Of a stretch of DNA of 64,000 nucleotides, positions 63,917 through 64,000 are shown piece by piece. Source of the stretch: Oikopleura dioica (lineage: Eukaryota > Animalia > Chordata); contig OU015567.1 in assembly GCA_907165135.1 (NCBI GenBank), forward strand, positions 12,338,001 through 12,402,000, given 5' to 3'. The notes below the pieces were generated by a model. That model had not been told where the DNA came from and searched no databases. It saw only the letters and a list, made by a program, of their open reading frames with translations. Each line of letters opens with the position of its first letter. Within the stretch, counting starts at the first letter, position 1. A program made the position numbers and the translations under genes.

Positions 63917-64000
63917 AACATCCTGGAGGAACTGATCACTTACAGATTTGCTTCTTTTGTATGATGACTGGAATGTTTGTAAAGTATTTTTGTATTTTCT

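Overview
Gene-dense eukaryotic window, inferred to be a larvacean tunicate of the Oikopleura dioica type. The evidence is mostly 30-70 nt introns, several GA-AG introns that homology and reading frame require, and co-oriented genes only ~30-190 bp apart with a splice acceptor just before the ATG (operon/trans-splicing layout). About 30 spliced protein-coding genes can be reconstructed: CD164/porimin-like, PMVK, SCAP, YKT6, ZNF330, GFER, SDHD, SBDS, a flavin amine oxidase, a half-length KNTC1/ROD, HGSNAT-like, a small RING protein, PITRM1, ECHDC3, a C2H2 ZF, a tentative GEMIN4-like gene, PPIL6, a STAT5-like STAT, FUBP/KHSRP, ITPA, CNOT6, AMPK-gamma, a CHST-family sulfotransferase, and three small signal-peptide precursors. 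Four non-autonomous DNA transposons each have a different TSD class (TA, 9 bp, TTAA, 8 bp). There is one 500-N gap. No tRNA, rRNA, SL RNA or CRISPR was recognised. Highlights: (i) a TTAA element inserted 1 nt from a 3' splice site in FUBP, duplicating the acceptor; (ii) a 1.38-kb tandem duplication with a 428-bp templated insert joined by 1-2 nt microhomology, creating an in-frame chimeric ORF; (iii) three orphan neuropeptide-like precursors; (iv) a ROD lacking roughly its N-terminal half. Several single-base frameshifts in homopolymers look like sequencing errors. All family calls come from recalled motif similarity; no database search was run.
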